Shown: piece by piece, positions 1 to 10,995 of the stretch | How positions within the stretch are numbered: the first letter of the stretch is position 1 | How the letters are laid out: the number at the start of each line of letters is the position of its first letter | Source of the DNA: an uncultured Gemmataceae bacterium | Lineage (GTDB): Bacteria; Planctomycetota; Planctomycetia; Gemmatales; Gemmataceae | DNA: 64,000 nucleotides | Direction of reading: 5' to 3' | Assembly: GCA_963750165.1 (NCBI GenBank) | Contig: CAVVPN010000003.1 | Span: forward strand, 832,001 to 896,000 | Notes under the pieces: model-generated | The model's database searches: none | What the model was told of the DNA's origin: nothing | What the model saw: only the letters and a program-made list of their open reading frames with translations | Translations under genes and position numbers: made by a program

Positions 1-1
1 G

Positions 2-832
2 GCCAAGCTGGACGCCCTGGCCGGCGCCCTGGAGGCCGAGCAGCGCAAGACCGAGGCGGCGCGACTGCGGTCAGCGCTGCAGAAGCTGCGGCAGCGCGAT
101 CTGGTGGTTCACCTGAGCTGGGAGGCGGGTGCGAGCGGGCCAGCCGGGCTGGAGTTGTCGGTCAAGGAGGCGGCGGGCACGGTCTGCTCGACGGACCACC
201 GCATGAGCCCCGGCGGCGGCACCCTGGCTGGCGGCGGTCTGTCCGAGAAGAAGGTGTCTTACCTGGCGGCCCAGGCGTTCACTGGTGACTATGAGGTCAC
301 GGTGCGCCGGCTGTGGGGCCAGCCGCTGGGCAACAAGGCTCGCCTGGAGATCATCCGCCATCTCGGCACCGACAAGGAGTCGCGCCAGATCGAGACGATC
401 AGCCTGAACGAGCCGGTGGTGACGCTCAAGATCGACCTTGAGGGCGGCCGGCGGACCAGTCTGGCGGTGATCGCGCCGGTGCCCTTCCGGCGGCCCGATG
501 CCAAAACGGCGGGCCAGAAGGGCATCTCCACGCTGGAGAAGCTGCGGGACATGGCGGACCCGTATTACACGGGCCAGACGGGCGGGCTGAGCGTCAGCAG
601 CCGGCCGTCGGTGTTGACCCGCGAGGAGGCGTTCGGCACCAGCAAGAAGACGAGCAACGTGGTATACCAGACCGGCATCGCGTCACAGGGCGGCACTGGT
701 CTGAACCTCAACGCTCAGGTCATCAGCACCGACCGCGGTCTGGGGCTGACCATCAACCCCGTCTTCCAGCGCGGCGCCTTCATCCCGCGCAACGGCTCGA
801 CCCTGCCCGGCATCCCCGGCGGTGGCAACTGA
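2..832 (+). CDS. C-terminal part of a large hypothetical protein (5' end outside window); possible YfaP/DUF2135-like region
   Basis: Frame is open from base 2 into ORF 104..832. 'DLVVHLSWEAG...LELSVKEAAG' loosely resembles DUF2135-like motifs. Followed by a hairpin. Confidence 0.7.
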   Translation, partial: AKLDALAGALEAEQRKTEAARLRSALQKLRQRDLVVHLSWEAGASGPAGLELSVKEAAGTVCSTDHRMSPGGGTLAGGGLSEKKVSYLAAQAFTGDYEVTVRRLWGQPLGNKARLEIIRHLGTDKESRQIETISLNEPVVTLKIDLEGGRRTSLAVIAPVPFRRPDAKTAGQKGISTLEKLRDMADPYYTGQTGGLSVSSRPSVLTREEAFGTSKKTSNVVYQTGIASQGGTGLNLNAQVISTDRGLGLTINPVFQRGAFIPRNGSTLPGIPGGGN

Positions 833-855
833 GCCGTCAACGTAGTGTGAACCCG

Positions 856-890
856 ACCGCCCCGGTGAAGGTTGCCTTCACCGGGGCGGT
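856..890 (+). terminator. Perfect 16-bp stem hairpin, probable terminator
   Basis: ACCGCCCCGGTGAAGG-TTG-CCTTCACCGGGGCGGT between convergent genes. Confidence 0.65.
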
Positions 891-1024
891 TCAGTTGCTG
901 CTGACCGATTTATCGGTTCGCGGTCGTGCTCGGAGCACCAACCTGAGGTGACCCCTCGGGACGAACGCGGGACCAATCCCCATAGCGTCTCACGCCGCGA
1001 CCCCGGCGGCAAGGTGACACGGTG

Positions 1025-1735
1025 TCACCGTGTCACCCCCACCCCAACCTGCTGGCACATCGCCAGCAGCGGACAGCTCGAGCACTTCGGCGCCCGGCCG
1101 GTACACACGTGCTTGCCGAATGGCACCAACAGCGCGTTGATCTCCACCCAGTATTTTTGTGGCAGCAGGTCCTGCAGCGCCGCCATCGTCTTTTCCGGCG
1201 TCGTCGTCCGCACCAGGCCCCAGCGGTTGGTGACGCGGTGGACATGCACATCCACACCGATGAGAGCCTGGCCGCAGGCAATGCCGAGCGCCAGATTGGC
1301 ACACTTCGGCCCGACGCCGCGGAACGATTGCAGCACGTCCGCGTCGCACGGCAGCTCGCCGCCAAACTCCTCCGCCGTGCGCCGGGCGATGTCGTGAATC
1401 TGCCGGGCCTTCGGTTCGTGAAAGGTACACGCTCCGATCAATGCGTCGATCTGGTCGGCCGACAGCGCTGCCAGCGCCGCCGGCGTCCGCGCCCGGGCGA
1501 ACAGCCGGTGGGCAACCGGCAGCGTCGTCTCATCGCGGGTGCGGATGGAGAGGATGCACGCCACCAGCAGTTCGAAGACGGTCGTGTGGCCCTCCAGCGC
1601 CAGTTCGAACAGGGCCGTGCGCGGAAACGGGGCCACCGCCACGCGCAGCTGCCGCACTGCCTCGTCCACGTCGAACGGCTGCTTCGCGGCGCCGGCCGGC
1701 ACCACCTGCACTCGCGGCCGCTTCACATTTCCCAT
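1025..1735 (-). CDS. nth: Endonuclease III (HhH-GPD DNA glycosylase, 4Fe-4S)
   Basis: HhH 'FRGVGPKCANL', 'VDVHVHRV', C-X6-C-X2-C-X5-C cluster motif 'CTGRAPKCSSCPLLAMC'. Confidence 0.93.
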   Translation of the reverse strand: MGNVKRPRVQVVPAGAAKQPFDVDEAVRQLRVAVAPFPRTALFELALEGHTTVFELLVACILSIRTRDETTLPVAHRLFARARTPAALAALSADQIDALIGACTFHEPKARQIHDIARRTAEEFGGELPCDADVLQSFRGVGPKCANLALGIACGQALIGVDVHVHRVTNRWGLVRTTTPEKTMAALQDLLPQKYWVEINALLVPFGKHVCTGRAPKCSSCPLLAMCQQVGVGVTR

Positions 1736-1791
1736 GACAACTCTCAATTGTCGATTTTTGGTCCAGATTTTGCCTGGAAGAAAACCCCCAG

Positions 1792-1807
1792 TGCAACATC
1801 AAGACCA
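1792..1807 (-). promoter_or_regulatory. Possible sigma-54 promoter upstream of nth
   Basis: Minus strand TGGTCT-TGATG-TTGCA (GG-N10-GC, imperfect -24 box). Confidence 0.4.
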
Positions 1808-1945
1808 CACCCGCCCTTTGTGGCCGCCTCCCGGAGTCAGACACGCTGCGGCTGCGCACTTCCATGCGGGCCGCCAGGAGCGGCGTTGCGCAAGGAACGC
1901 GGCCACTGCCTCACGTCCGCGAAGGCGACGTGCTGGGCGCAGCCC

Positions 1946-2693
1946 TCAACCCTGGCTTATGGTGTCGGGCTTGGTGGCCACCATGGCTTGCATGCGCGCA
2001 GGTGCGAGTCCACGAACAGCACGTTCGGGATCAGGATTTCTTCGCGCGCGCGCCCGTGGTGACGATGTGCATGTCGCCCGAGCCCAGGCCGAGGAGCCAG
2101 TGGCGAAACAGATCCTGCTGCTCTTTCTCGAAGACCATGCCGCGCGTGTCGAAACTCCGCTCGCCGCCGCCGATCAGGACCGTGTGCGTGAGTTGCCCGG
2201 CCTGCAGCCGCCAGTAACTCAGGCGGTCGAAGAAGAACACCGTCAGAAACCAGGCGATGAACAGCGCCGCTGAGAAGGAGACGTAGAACCCAAGGTTGAT
2301 GTAGCCCGCCAGGTGGGGCATCAGGTTCAGGATGTGGGTCCACCAGCCCAGGTAGGCGAACAGGACCGTGAGGAACATGGCCGCCAGCACCACGATGACT
2401 GAAGCCAGGCCGCGCACCGTCGTGTTGGTAATCAGGATGACCAGGAACAGCACCACTCCGAACACCACGCCGAGATCCTTGCTCGGGTGTATGTGTACTT
2501 CCACGTTCGACTCCGGGAAGGTGACCTTGTTGCCGTCCAGGAGCGTAATCAGCGCCAGGATGAAGCCGACCACCCAGACCGGCCACCAGTAAAAGAGCAT
2601 CGAATGGCTGTAGATGCGCAGTTCCCTCCCACTGAGGTCATTCGCGCGTTCTTCCAGTTGTTCGGGCGTGATTTCGGTGTTGGGGCCGGCCAT
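1946..2693 (-). CDS. Conserved hypothetical multi-pass membrane protein; two apparent frameshifts near the 3' end
   Basis: ORF 2031..2693 has ~4 hydrophobic segments and a GAAGGAGAG RBS. Coding-like sequence continues in other frames (EEILIPNVLFVDSHLR / MQAMVATKPDTISQG*) after apparent single-C losses at ~2045 and ~1995. Confidence 0.75.
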
Positions 2694-2775
2694 GATGGCT
2701 CTCCTTCAAGGAGCGAAGTTCCAGTACAATGGGCGGCCCGTCCAGGCTCCGCAGTGCCGGGCGCCAGGATAGGGA

Positions 2776-2791
2776 AGCAACGGCCGTGCCA
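2776..2791 (-). promoter_or_regulatory. Sigma-54 promoter
   Basis: Minus strand TGGCAC-GGCCG-TTGCT, consensus match, ~83 bp upstream of ATG 2693. Confidence 0.8.
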
Positions 2792-2844
2792 ATCGCGACA
2801 CTGGCCACATCCCGGGGCAGACGTGGCTTTTCTCGGGTGCCCCC

Positions 2845-5800
2845 TCATGTGCCGGGGGAAACCGCCGCCGGCGGCGCGGCAAGAGCGCCCGGTTCGACCT
2901 TGCCGGAGGTTGGCGGCGAGAGCGCCGGCGGCGGAGCCCTCAAGCGCTTCACTTCCGCATGGAGCACTTCCAGCACCGCACGCACTTCCGCCTCCTCCTC
3001 GGCCTGAACCCGTTCAACCACCACCGCCGCGAAGGACAACATGCTGTCGCCGAGCGTGCTGAGCAACTCGGCCCCCTGGCGGCGCAGCTTCGGCAGCGGG
3101 TCCGCCAGCGCCGCGGCCACCACCGCGGCGGCCGCTGTGTTATCCGGCTCGCTCAGCAGCAGCGCGTGGGCCGCCTCCAACCGCACCTGGAAGTTGGGGT
3201 CCTGCACCAGCCGCTGGCACACCTCGCGCCGACCCTCGTAGTGCAGCGCCTTCAGGGCACGCACGGCGTTCAAGCGCACCGCGTCGTCCGAGCGCGTCGT
3301 ACACTCGGCCAGCAGCGGCCCCGCCGCGGCCGGCATCTCGGCCAGCCGCAGCAGCACCTGGGCGACGTTGGCCCGCACGCGGTCCTCGGGATCCTTCAGG
3401 CCCTCGAGCATCACCGGGGCCGCCTCCGGCGGCAGCGCCGGCGCCTCCATCAGGCCCGCGGACGCCACCTTGCGCAGGTCGGCGTCCGGGTCAGCCATGC
3501 CGGCCAGAAACGCGGCCAGTCCCTCCGGCGGCTGGATCTTGACAAGCGCCCGCAGGGCCTGCTCGCGCACCGGCCCCTCGCTCGACTGGAAGGCACGGAG
3601 CAGCGCCGCCCCCGCCGCAGCCGCAGCCGATCCCAGCCTGCCCAGCGCCTGGGCCGCGACGACCTGCACCTCTTCTGTGTCATCCTCCAGCAGTTTGCCC
3701 AACTCCTCCAGCACCGCGGGCGTCGCCCCGGCCACCTCCGGTAGCGCTCGCGCCGCCTCGATCTTCACCTGGTCGTTGGCGTCACCCAGCGCCGCCAGCA
3801 GGTCGCCCACCGCCTCCGGATCCTTGCCCAGCGCCCGCACCGCGGCGGCCCGCACCTGCGGGTCGGGCTGGCGCAGGAATGCCCGGGCGACCGCGCGCAC
3901 GCGCCCGGCGGGCGCCTCCAGTTCCACCAGCGTCAACAGCGCCTGACTGCGCTCCGGACCGTCCGCGTTGCACGCCGCCGCTTCCAGCGCGGCAAGCACT
4001 GTCTCGCCAGCATCGCCCAGCCGGCCCAGCGCCCACGCCGCCGCGGCACGCACCTCCGGGTTGACGTGCGCCAGTGCCTGGACCAGTCCAGACGCCGCCG
4101 GCCGCGCCGCCGGCCCGACCTCGCCCAGGGCGTGCGCCGCCAGGGCGTTGATGTGATTGTCCGGGTCGTCCAGTAGTCGGCCGAGCGCCGGCACCGCCTC
4201 TGCCGCGGCCGGCCCCATCTTGCCCAGCGCCTCCGCCGCCCGCGCTCGCACCCGATCGCTGGGGTCGGCCAGCGCCTGCACCAGCGCCGGGATCGACTCC
4301 GCCGCGGACGCCCCGATGGCGCCCAGCACCTCCGCCGTCTGAGCCCGCACCAGGTTGTCCGCGCTGGCCAGCCCCTCCGTCAGCCGCGACTCCGTGCCCT
4401 CCACCGGGCCGATCTGCTTGATCGCCTCGGCCACCGCCTGACGCACCACCTTCTCGCGATCCTGCATCAGTTCCACCAGCCGCGGCAGGGCCGGCCGGGC
4501 TTCGGCGCCCAGGGCGCCCAGCGCCAGCGCTGCCGCCGACCGCACCGCGGCGCTGGCGTCGTCCAGCAGCGGCCGCAGCCCTTGCAACCGGGCCGCCGGG
4601 TCGCCGCCGACCTTGCCCAGCGTTTCCGCCGCGCAGATGCGCACCGATTCGTCAGCGTCCGCCAGCAGGCCCACCAGTTCCGGCACCGCCGTGGCGGCCG
4701 CGGCACCGAACTCGGCCAGCGCAGCGACCGCCCGGGCGCGCACCTCCGCCGCCGGGTCGGCCAGCAACAGCCGCAGCGCCGCCACCACCGCCGCCACCGG
4801 GTTCTGCTCGCGCAACCGCAGCAGCCAGCGCTTCCACTGAAGCGCCAACCCCACCCAGCGCCGCGACTCCCGCAGTGCCCGGCGGAGCTGCCATTGTTTG
4901 CGGATCGCCCGCGTGCCGGGGCTGGCCAGCGTCGCCAGTGCCTCGACCAGGCTCTGCCGTACCAGCGGGCTCGGGTCCTGCGCCAGCCGGGCCAGCGCCG
5001 GCAACGCGTCCAGGGTGTGCAGCTGCCCCAGGGCCGCGGCCGCCACCGCCCGCGCCGACTCCTCCGGCCGGCGCAACTCGCGGACCAGCAACGGCACCGC
5101 CGCCGGCCCCATGTTGGCCAGCACCGTCGCCACCTCCTCGCGCTGCGTCGGCGTTGGCACTCCGGCGCCGCCCAGCGAGCGCAACAGCGGCACCACCGCG
5201 TTGGCCCCGAACGACGCCAGCGCCAGGCCAGCCCGCTCGTGGATCGGTGCGTGGGGGCTCCAGTAATCACGGATCGTCTCACCAAGGTCCTTCGAGCGCC
5301 GCACCGCCGCGAACACCTGTTGCAGCAGCACCAGCGTGAAGAAGCTGCGGAACAGCACGAGCAGCGCCTTCGCCGGCCATTGCGCCTGGTGGACGTAGGT
5401 GAGATGGACGACGTTAAACGTGTTAATCACGTTGAGCAGGTCGGCTACCTGGAGCAGGTTGATGAGCGTGTACGCCAGGAAATCGGGGTAATTCGGCCCC
5501 TCTTGAGTCCATTCCAGGAGCAGGCCGCGCAGCGTCCACGGGCTGGCCTCCACGGTCAGCGTGTACCAGGAGCGGCCGACCGTGTGGTACAGCCCCTGGT
5601 TGAGCAGGGCGAAACCGCTGATGACCGCCAGGGTCGCCACCACCATCAACGGGATGCCGGCGCGATGGCCGTAACGCACCAGGTTGGTGGCCAGCTCCTG
5701 GCCCTTGACAGGGTTGTGCAGCGCCTTGTAGCCGCGGCGCACGTCCACGCGCTCCAGGTCGATGTAGATGTAGGCCATGCAGGTCACGACCCCCAGGAAG

Positions 5801-6105
5801 ATCAGGACCAGGCCGCAGAAGACGGCGCGGACGGGATTCTGCGTGCCGTCGAACCAGGCCAGGTAGTGCAGCGCCGCCACCAGCGCCAGGAACATCGGCC
5901 AGGGCGCCCAGGACAGCAGCCGTCGCCACAGGGCGAACCCCGTCTTCAGGGCGGTCTGCATCCCCCGGCTCGCCAGCCGCACGGCGCCGCCGAGCAGCCC
6001 CACCTGATAGGCGAGGCCGGCCAGCACCAGGACGCCAGCGAACCCGCCCAGCAGTGTCGTCGTCGAGCCCAGCGTGTCCAGCGCGATCAGCGCGGCGGCG
6101 AACAT
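2845..6105 (-). CDS. Membrane-anchored HEAT/PBS-lyase-repeat (alpha-solenoid) protein
   Basis: N-terminal ~270 aa with several TM segments, then many 'L..L.D.D..VR..AA.ALG.LG' repeats; GGAG RBS before ATG 6105. Confidence 0.88.
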   Translation of the reverse strand: MFAAALIALDTLGSTTTLLGGFAGVLVLAGLAYQVGLLGGAVRLASRGMQTALKTGFALWRRLLSWAPWPMFLALVAALHYLAWFDGTQNPVRAVFCGLVLIFLGVVTCMAYIYIDLERVDVRRGYKALHNPVKGQELATNLVRYGHRAGIPLMVVATLAVISGFALLNQGLYHTVGRSWYTLTVEASPWTLRGLLLEWTQEGPNYPDFLAYTLINLLQVADLLNVINTFNVVHLTYVHQAQWPAKALLVLFRSFFTLVLLQQVFAAVRRSKDLGETIRDYWSPHAPIHERAGLALASFGANAVVPLLRSLGGAGVPTPTQREEVATVLANMGPAAVPLLVRELRRPEESARAVAAAALGQLHTLDALPALARLAQDPSPLVRQSLVEALATLASPGTRAIRKQWQLRRALRESRRWVGLALQWKRWLLRLREQNPVAAVVAALRLLLADPAAEVRARAVAALAEFGAAAATAVPELVGLLADADESVRICAAETLGKVGGDPAARLQGLRPLLDDASAAVRSAAALALGALGAEARPALPRLVELMQDREKVVRQAVAEAIKQIGPVEGTESRLTEGLASADNLVRAQTAEVLGAIGASAAESIPALVQALADPSDRVRARAAEALGKMGPAAAEAVPALGRLLDDPDNHINALAAHALGEVGPAARPAASGLVQALAHVNPEVRAAAAWALGRLGDAGETVLAALEAAACNADGPERSQALLTLVELEAPAGRVRAVARAFLRQPDPQVRAAAVRALGKDPEAVGDLLAALGDANDQVKIEAARALPEVAGATPAVLEELGKLLEDDTEEVQVVAAQALGRLGSAAAAAGAALLRAFQSSEGPVREQALRALVKIQPPEGLAAFLAGMADPDADLRKVASAGLMEAPALPPEAAPVMLEGLKDPEDRVRANVAQVLLRLAEMPAAAGPLLAECTTRSDDAVRLNAVRALKALHYEGRREVCQRLVQDPNFQVRLEAAHALLLSEPDNTAAAAVVAAALADPLPKLRRQGAELLSTLGDSMLSFAAVVVERVQAEEEAEVRAVLEVLHAEVKRLRAPPPALSPPTSGKVEPGALAAPPAAVSPGT

Positions 6106-6197
6106 GATTGCTCCGTGTTGGATTCGGGGGAAAGCCGGGAAGCAAAGCGGCACAGGCCCCTTGACCTGTGCCGCTCGTGATGTCTGTAGAAGGCTGC

Positions 6198-6265
6198 GGC
6201 GAGCGGCGCGGCGTCAGCCCGCCGGTGTTTGAAAGTATCGGCGGGCTGACGCCGCGCCGCTCGCC
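6198..6265. repeat. Palindromic REP-like repeat, family A
   Basis: GGCGAGCGGCGCGGCGTCAGCCCGCCG...CGGCGGGCTGACGCCGCGCCGCTCGCC; further copies at 45702, 55069, 61516. Confidence 0.9.
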
Positions 6266-6277
6266 ACGCACGACGAG

Positions 6278-6751
6278 TTAGCTGCCCGCCACCTGGTTGT
6301 TCGAGCCCAGCGCCAACTGGCCGGCGGCGCCGACACCGGCGGCGGGCGCGACCGCCACCGGGGCGGGCTGGCTGGCCGGCGTCTGGTTGGTGGCTACCTG
6401 ATTGGTGGGCGCCTGGCCGGGCGGAAGCTGGTTCGCGGCCACTGGATTGGCAGCCGCCTGCGGCGTGGGAGCTGGGGCCACATTGGGCTGGGCGGTGACG
6501 ACGGCCGGCGGCGTCGCCTCGGCTTGCCGGGTTACACGGCCGATCTGGCCAATCCCCAGGCCGATGACCAACAGGGCCAGGCCCGTCGCCATGAAGCCCG
6601 TGATCCAGTAATACGGCACCGGGTCGTTGTCGGTCGCGTTCTGGGAGCGGTACGCCCAGTACACCCCTGTCCAGACCATCATCAGGATGCCCACCGTAAT
6701 GTACGTCAGGGCCGTTTTCGCGGGCGAAGAGGTCGGTCGCACAAATTGCAT
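6278..6751 (-). CDS. Hypothetical two-TM membrane protein with Pro/Ala/Gln-rich tail
   Basis: Two hydrophobic helices, GAAGGGAG RBS, typical codon usage. Confidence 0.8.
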   Translation of the reverse strand: MQFVRPTSSPAKTALTYITVGILMMVWTGVYWAYRSQNATDNDPVPYYWITGFMATGLALLVIGLGIGQIGRVTRQAEATPPAVVTAQPNVAPAPTPQAAANPVAANQLPPGQAPTNQVATNQTPASQPAPVAVAPAAGVGAAGQLALGSNNQVAGS

Positions 6752-6839
6752 GACATGGTCTCCCTTCACGTCAAAATGTCAAACTTCGTTTATGTCAAAC
6801 TCCGGAACGGCGGAGGCTCAGGACTTCGCCCTCCCAAAT

Positions 6840-6855
6840 TGCAAACGGAGTGCCG
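6840..6855 (-). promoter_or_regulatory. Sigma-54 promoter
   Basis: Minus strand CGGCAC-TCCGT-TTGCA, ~89 bp upstream of ATG 6751. Confidence 0.75.
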
Positions 6856-7203
6856 GTTGCCATCTCGGGCCTGAACTTTGTCACCGCAGCGTAGACGCCC
6901 CATTGTTCAATTCGCTGCGCAATTTGCTGGACACGGACGCCCGCATTCCCGAACAATTGAAGCAAACAACAACCGGCTGCGTCCCGCGCCGCGCCCTGCG
7001 GAAAAACAGCTGGAAGCCAACTTCCCAAAATCGGACGAGGCGGTTCTCGAACCCAGGGCCGGTCGCGCCGCGGCCGTGGGCCGTTCTGGAAGTCCAGATT
7101 GTCCTCCTCCCGGTCGGGCGGAAAACGGTATCATGGTTATCGCCTGCCGCGGGGTTGGTCCGCGGCGTCGCAACCTGTGTGTGTGTGAGCGGAAGGGGGC
7201 GCG

Positions 7204-7971
7204 ATGAGCCAGGAAGCCCAACCGGTGCCCGCAGGGGCTGCGCTGGAAGACTTGCGGCGGCTGGCCGACGCCGGGGAGATCGCCGGCCCGCTGGCCCACG
7301 AAGTCAACAACTTCCTGAACGTCCTGGTGCTGAACGTGGCGGTGCTGGAGCAGGTGATGCCCGAGGCGCAGCGCGGCGAACTGCAGCAGATCCGCCGTCA
7401 GGGCGTGGCCGTCGCGGAGCTGGTGCGTCAGTTCCAGCTGTGCCGGCGGCGGCCGCCACTGCCGCTCGAACCGCTCGACCTGCACCAGATACTGCACGAG
7501 GTGCTGTCGGCCCTGGCCGCCGCGGCGCCGGAGTTGGGCCAGGCGCCGCCGATCCATGTCGTCAGGCCGGGTGGCCCCGCCGCCGCGCCGGGCACGGTGC
7601 CGGTCGTCCTGGAGCTGGCGGCAGACCTGCCGCCGGTGCTCGGGCTGGCGGCGGACCTGCGGCGGCTGCTGTCCTTCTTGCTGGCGAACGCCGCGGCCGC
7701 GTCGGCGCGGATCGACGGCCGGGTGCGGGTGCGCACCGGGCGCGGTGCGAACGGCGTGCTGCTGCGGGTGGAGGACGGCGGCCCGCTGGTGGACGTGGAT
7801 CGGCTGGCGCACTTCTTCGATGCGTCGGTGCCAGCGCGGGAGGGGGTGAACCGGCTGGAGCTGGCGGCGTGCAAGGCGCTCGCGCGGCGGTTGCAGGGCA
7901 AGATCGAAGCCCAGCCGTGTTTGGAGGCGGGGGCCGCCGTCGTGGTCGAGTTGAAGACTGCCGGAGGATGA
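7204..7971 (+). CDS. Sensor-less histidine-kinase-like protein (HisKA + degenerate HATPase_c)
   Basis: H-box 'LAHEVNNFL', N-box 'LLANA', G1 'VEDGGPL', G2 replaced by 'GVNRLEL'; no input domain. Confidence 0.8.
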   Translation: MSQEAQPVPAGAALEDLRRLADAGEIAGPLAHEVNNFLNVLVLNVAVLEQVMPEAQRGELQQIRRQGVAVAELVRQFQLCRRRPPLPLEPLDLHQILHEVLSALAAAAPELGQAPPIHVVRPGGPAAAPGTVPVVLELAADLPPVLGLAADLRRLLSFLLANAAAASARIDGRVRVRTGRGANGVLLRVEDGGPLVDVDRLAHFFDASVPAREGVNRLELAACKALARRLQGKIEAQPCLEAGAAVVVELKTAGG

Positions 7972-8052
7972 GGGATGACTGGGTGACTGGGTGAGGGGGT
8001 GAGAGAATGTTGTCTTTCACCCCCTCACCCAGTCACCCAGTCACCCTCATCC

Positions 8053-8054
<2 letters not shown>
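7964..8054. repeat. Inverted repeat built from 8-bp GGGTGA(CT/GG) units, family B; likely bidirectional terminator
   Basis: GATGACTGGGTGACTGGGTGAGGGGGTGA...TCACCCCCTCACCCAGTCACCCAGTCACC between convergent stop codons. Confidence 0.85.
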
Positions 8055-9537
<1,483 letters not shown>

Positions 9538-9988
9538 CGCTGGTCTCCGTTGCTGGTGAATAGGGCCGACCCCGACCGCTTCTCCACGGCTGTCGGTCCC
9601 TCGCCCCGGACAGATTTCCTGCGTCCGGCGGTGAGCAACTAGCTTCTCGTTTTTGTTATAACCAGTGCGCAACTGCGCCCGGTTTGTCGGACCCACTGCC
9701 AGCTGCTAGCGGCGGTGGGGCCAGTGCCGTTGGACACGGTAAGAAAACTCGGAAGCTAGCAAAATCCCCGATGTTTTCCTGGGAAAAGAAGACCATTCGC
9801 TAGTCTTCGCTGCCCGGCGGACAGTTCGGCAAGAATCGGCAATGACTGGAATCAAACCCCTCTCCATCAATGTTATGAGAGATTGAATTGAGCAATTTCC
9901 AGGCCAATTGCGGGCAAGGCTGGTGTCAAGAAATGTTCAGGAGCATGCCTCCCGCTTCGGGAAGCGGTGCGCCGGCCGCGGGACTGGT

Positions 9989-10004
9989 TGGCACACTTCT
10001 TGCA
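9989..10004 (+). promoter_or_regulatory. Sigma-54 promoter
   Basis: TGGCAC-ACTTC-TTGCA, consensus match, divergent from the NtrC-like gene. Confidence 0.85.
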
Positions 10005-10115
10005 CCCTGAACCCTCGCACTCACAGGAATCGGGCTTGCCTTCTGCGTGGATCCGCTCCAGTGGTTGGGGCGACGTTTGAACCGAGGGCGACCCCTGGAG
10101 AAGGAGGGAGAAATC

Positions 10116-10547
10116 ATGGCAAATCAGACGACCAGCTCGAAGGGGAACGATCCCCGCAGCACGGCCGGCCAGGCCGTGGACAAGGCCAAGGACGTGGCTG
10201 CGCAGGCGATGGACAAGGCCCGGGACGCCGCGTCCTCGGTGGGCGAGATGGCCAGCAATGTCGCCTCGACCGTGGGCCGCAAGGCCGACGACTACACCCA
10301 CGCGGCGGGCAGCGGCATCAAAAACATCGGCGATACCATCCGCGAGCACGGCCCTCAGGAGGGCATGCTCGGCCAGGCGACCAAGTCCGTCGCCAGCACC
10401 ACCAAGGATGTCGGCCGCTATCTGGAGGAAGAGGGCCTGAGCGGCATGATGGAAGACGTGACCACCCTGATCAAGCGGAACCCCATTCCGGCCATCCTGG
10501 TCGGTCTCGGTGTGGGCGTGTTGCTGGGTCGCTTGCTGAGGAGTTAG
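10116..10547 (+). CDS. ElaB/YqjD (DUF883)-like C-tail-anchored, LEA-like protein
   Basis: Amphipathic 'DKAKDVA..AMDKARDAA' repeats, C-terminal 'IKRNPIPAILVGLGVGVLLGRLL', strong RBS. Confidence 0.8.
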   Translation: MANQTTSSKGNDPRSTAGQAVDKAKDVAAQAMDKARDAASSVGEMASNVASTVGRKADDYTHAAGSGIKNIGDTIREHGPQEGMLGQATKSVASTTKDVGRYLEEEGLSGMMEDVTTLIKRNPIPAILVGLGVGVLLGRLLRS

Positions 10548-10551
10548 TGTC

Positions 10552-10995
10552 ATGGCTACCGAGGTCCAGAATCATCAGGACAACGCCAGCGTGGCGACGC
10601 TGGTCAGTGGCATCGTCACCGATGTCCAGGACCTCATCAAGCAGCAGCTGCAACTGACGCGCAAGGAGATCGAGGCGGACTTCCGGAAAACCCGGGAAGC
10701 TGCCTCGGTCCTGATCCTCGGGATCGGGCTTTTCTCCCTCGGCGGTATCGCACTGGTCTTGATGCTGGCCCACTTAATCCACCGCCTGACACTGCCCGCC
10801 GGGCAGGTCCACAGTTTCGATCCGGCTACCGTCCCGTTGTGGGGCTGCTTTGGCATCGTCGCTGCCGTGTTCCTGGTGGTTGGCGGCGCCCTGGCCTTCG
10901 CGGGCAAGAAGAAGTTTGACTCCTTCAACCCGCTTCCCGATGAATCCGCCCAGGCTTTGAAGGAGAATGTCGAATGGATCGCGAACAAGAGGTAA
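10552..10995 (+). CDS. Holin-X / YqjE-like (phage holin superfamily III) membrane protein
   Basis: 'LVSGIVTDVQDLIKQQLQLTRKEI', 2 TM segments, 'PDESAQALKENVEWI'. Confidence 0.8.
   Translation: MATEVQNHQDNASVATLVSGIVTDVQDLIKQQLQLTRKEIEADFRKTREAASVLILGIGLFSLGGIALVLMLAHLIHRLTLPAGQVHSFDPATVPLWGCFGIVAAVFLVVGGALAFAGKKKFDSFNPLPDESAQALKENVEWIANKR

Noticed and set aside
10552..10995. Prophage, from the holin-like gene
   Set aside because: No endolysin, structural or integrase genes; this family is typically non-phage.
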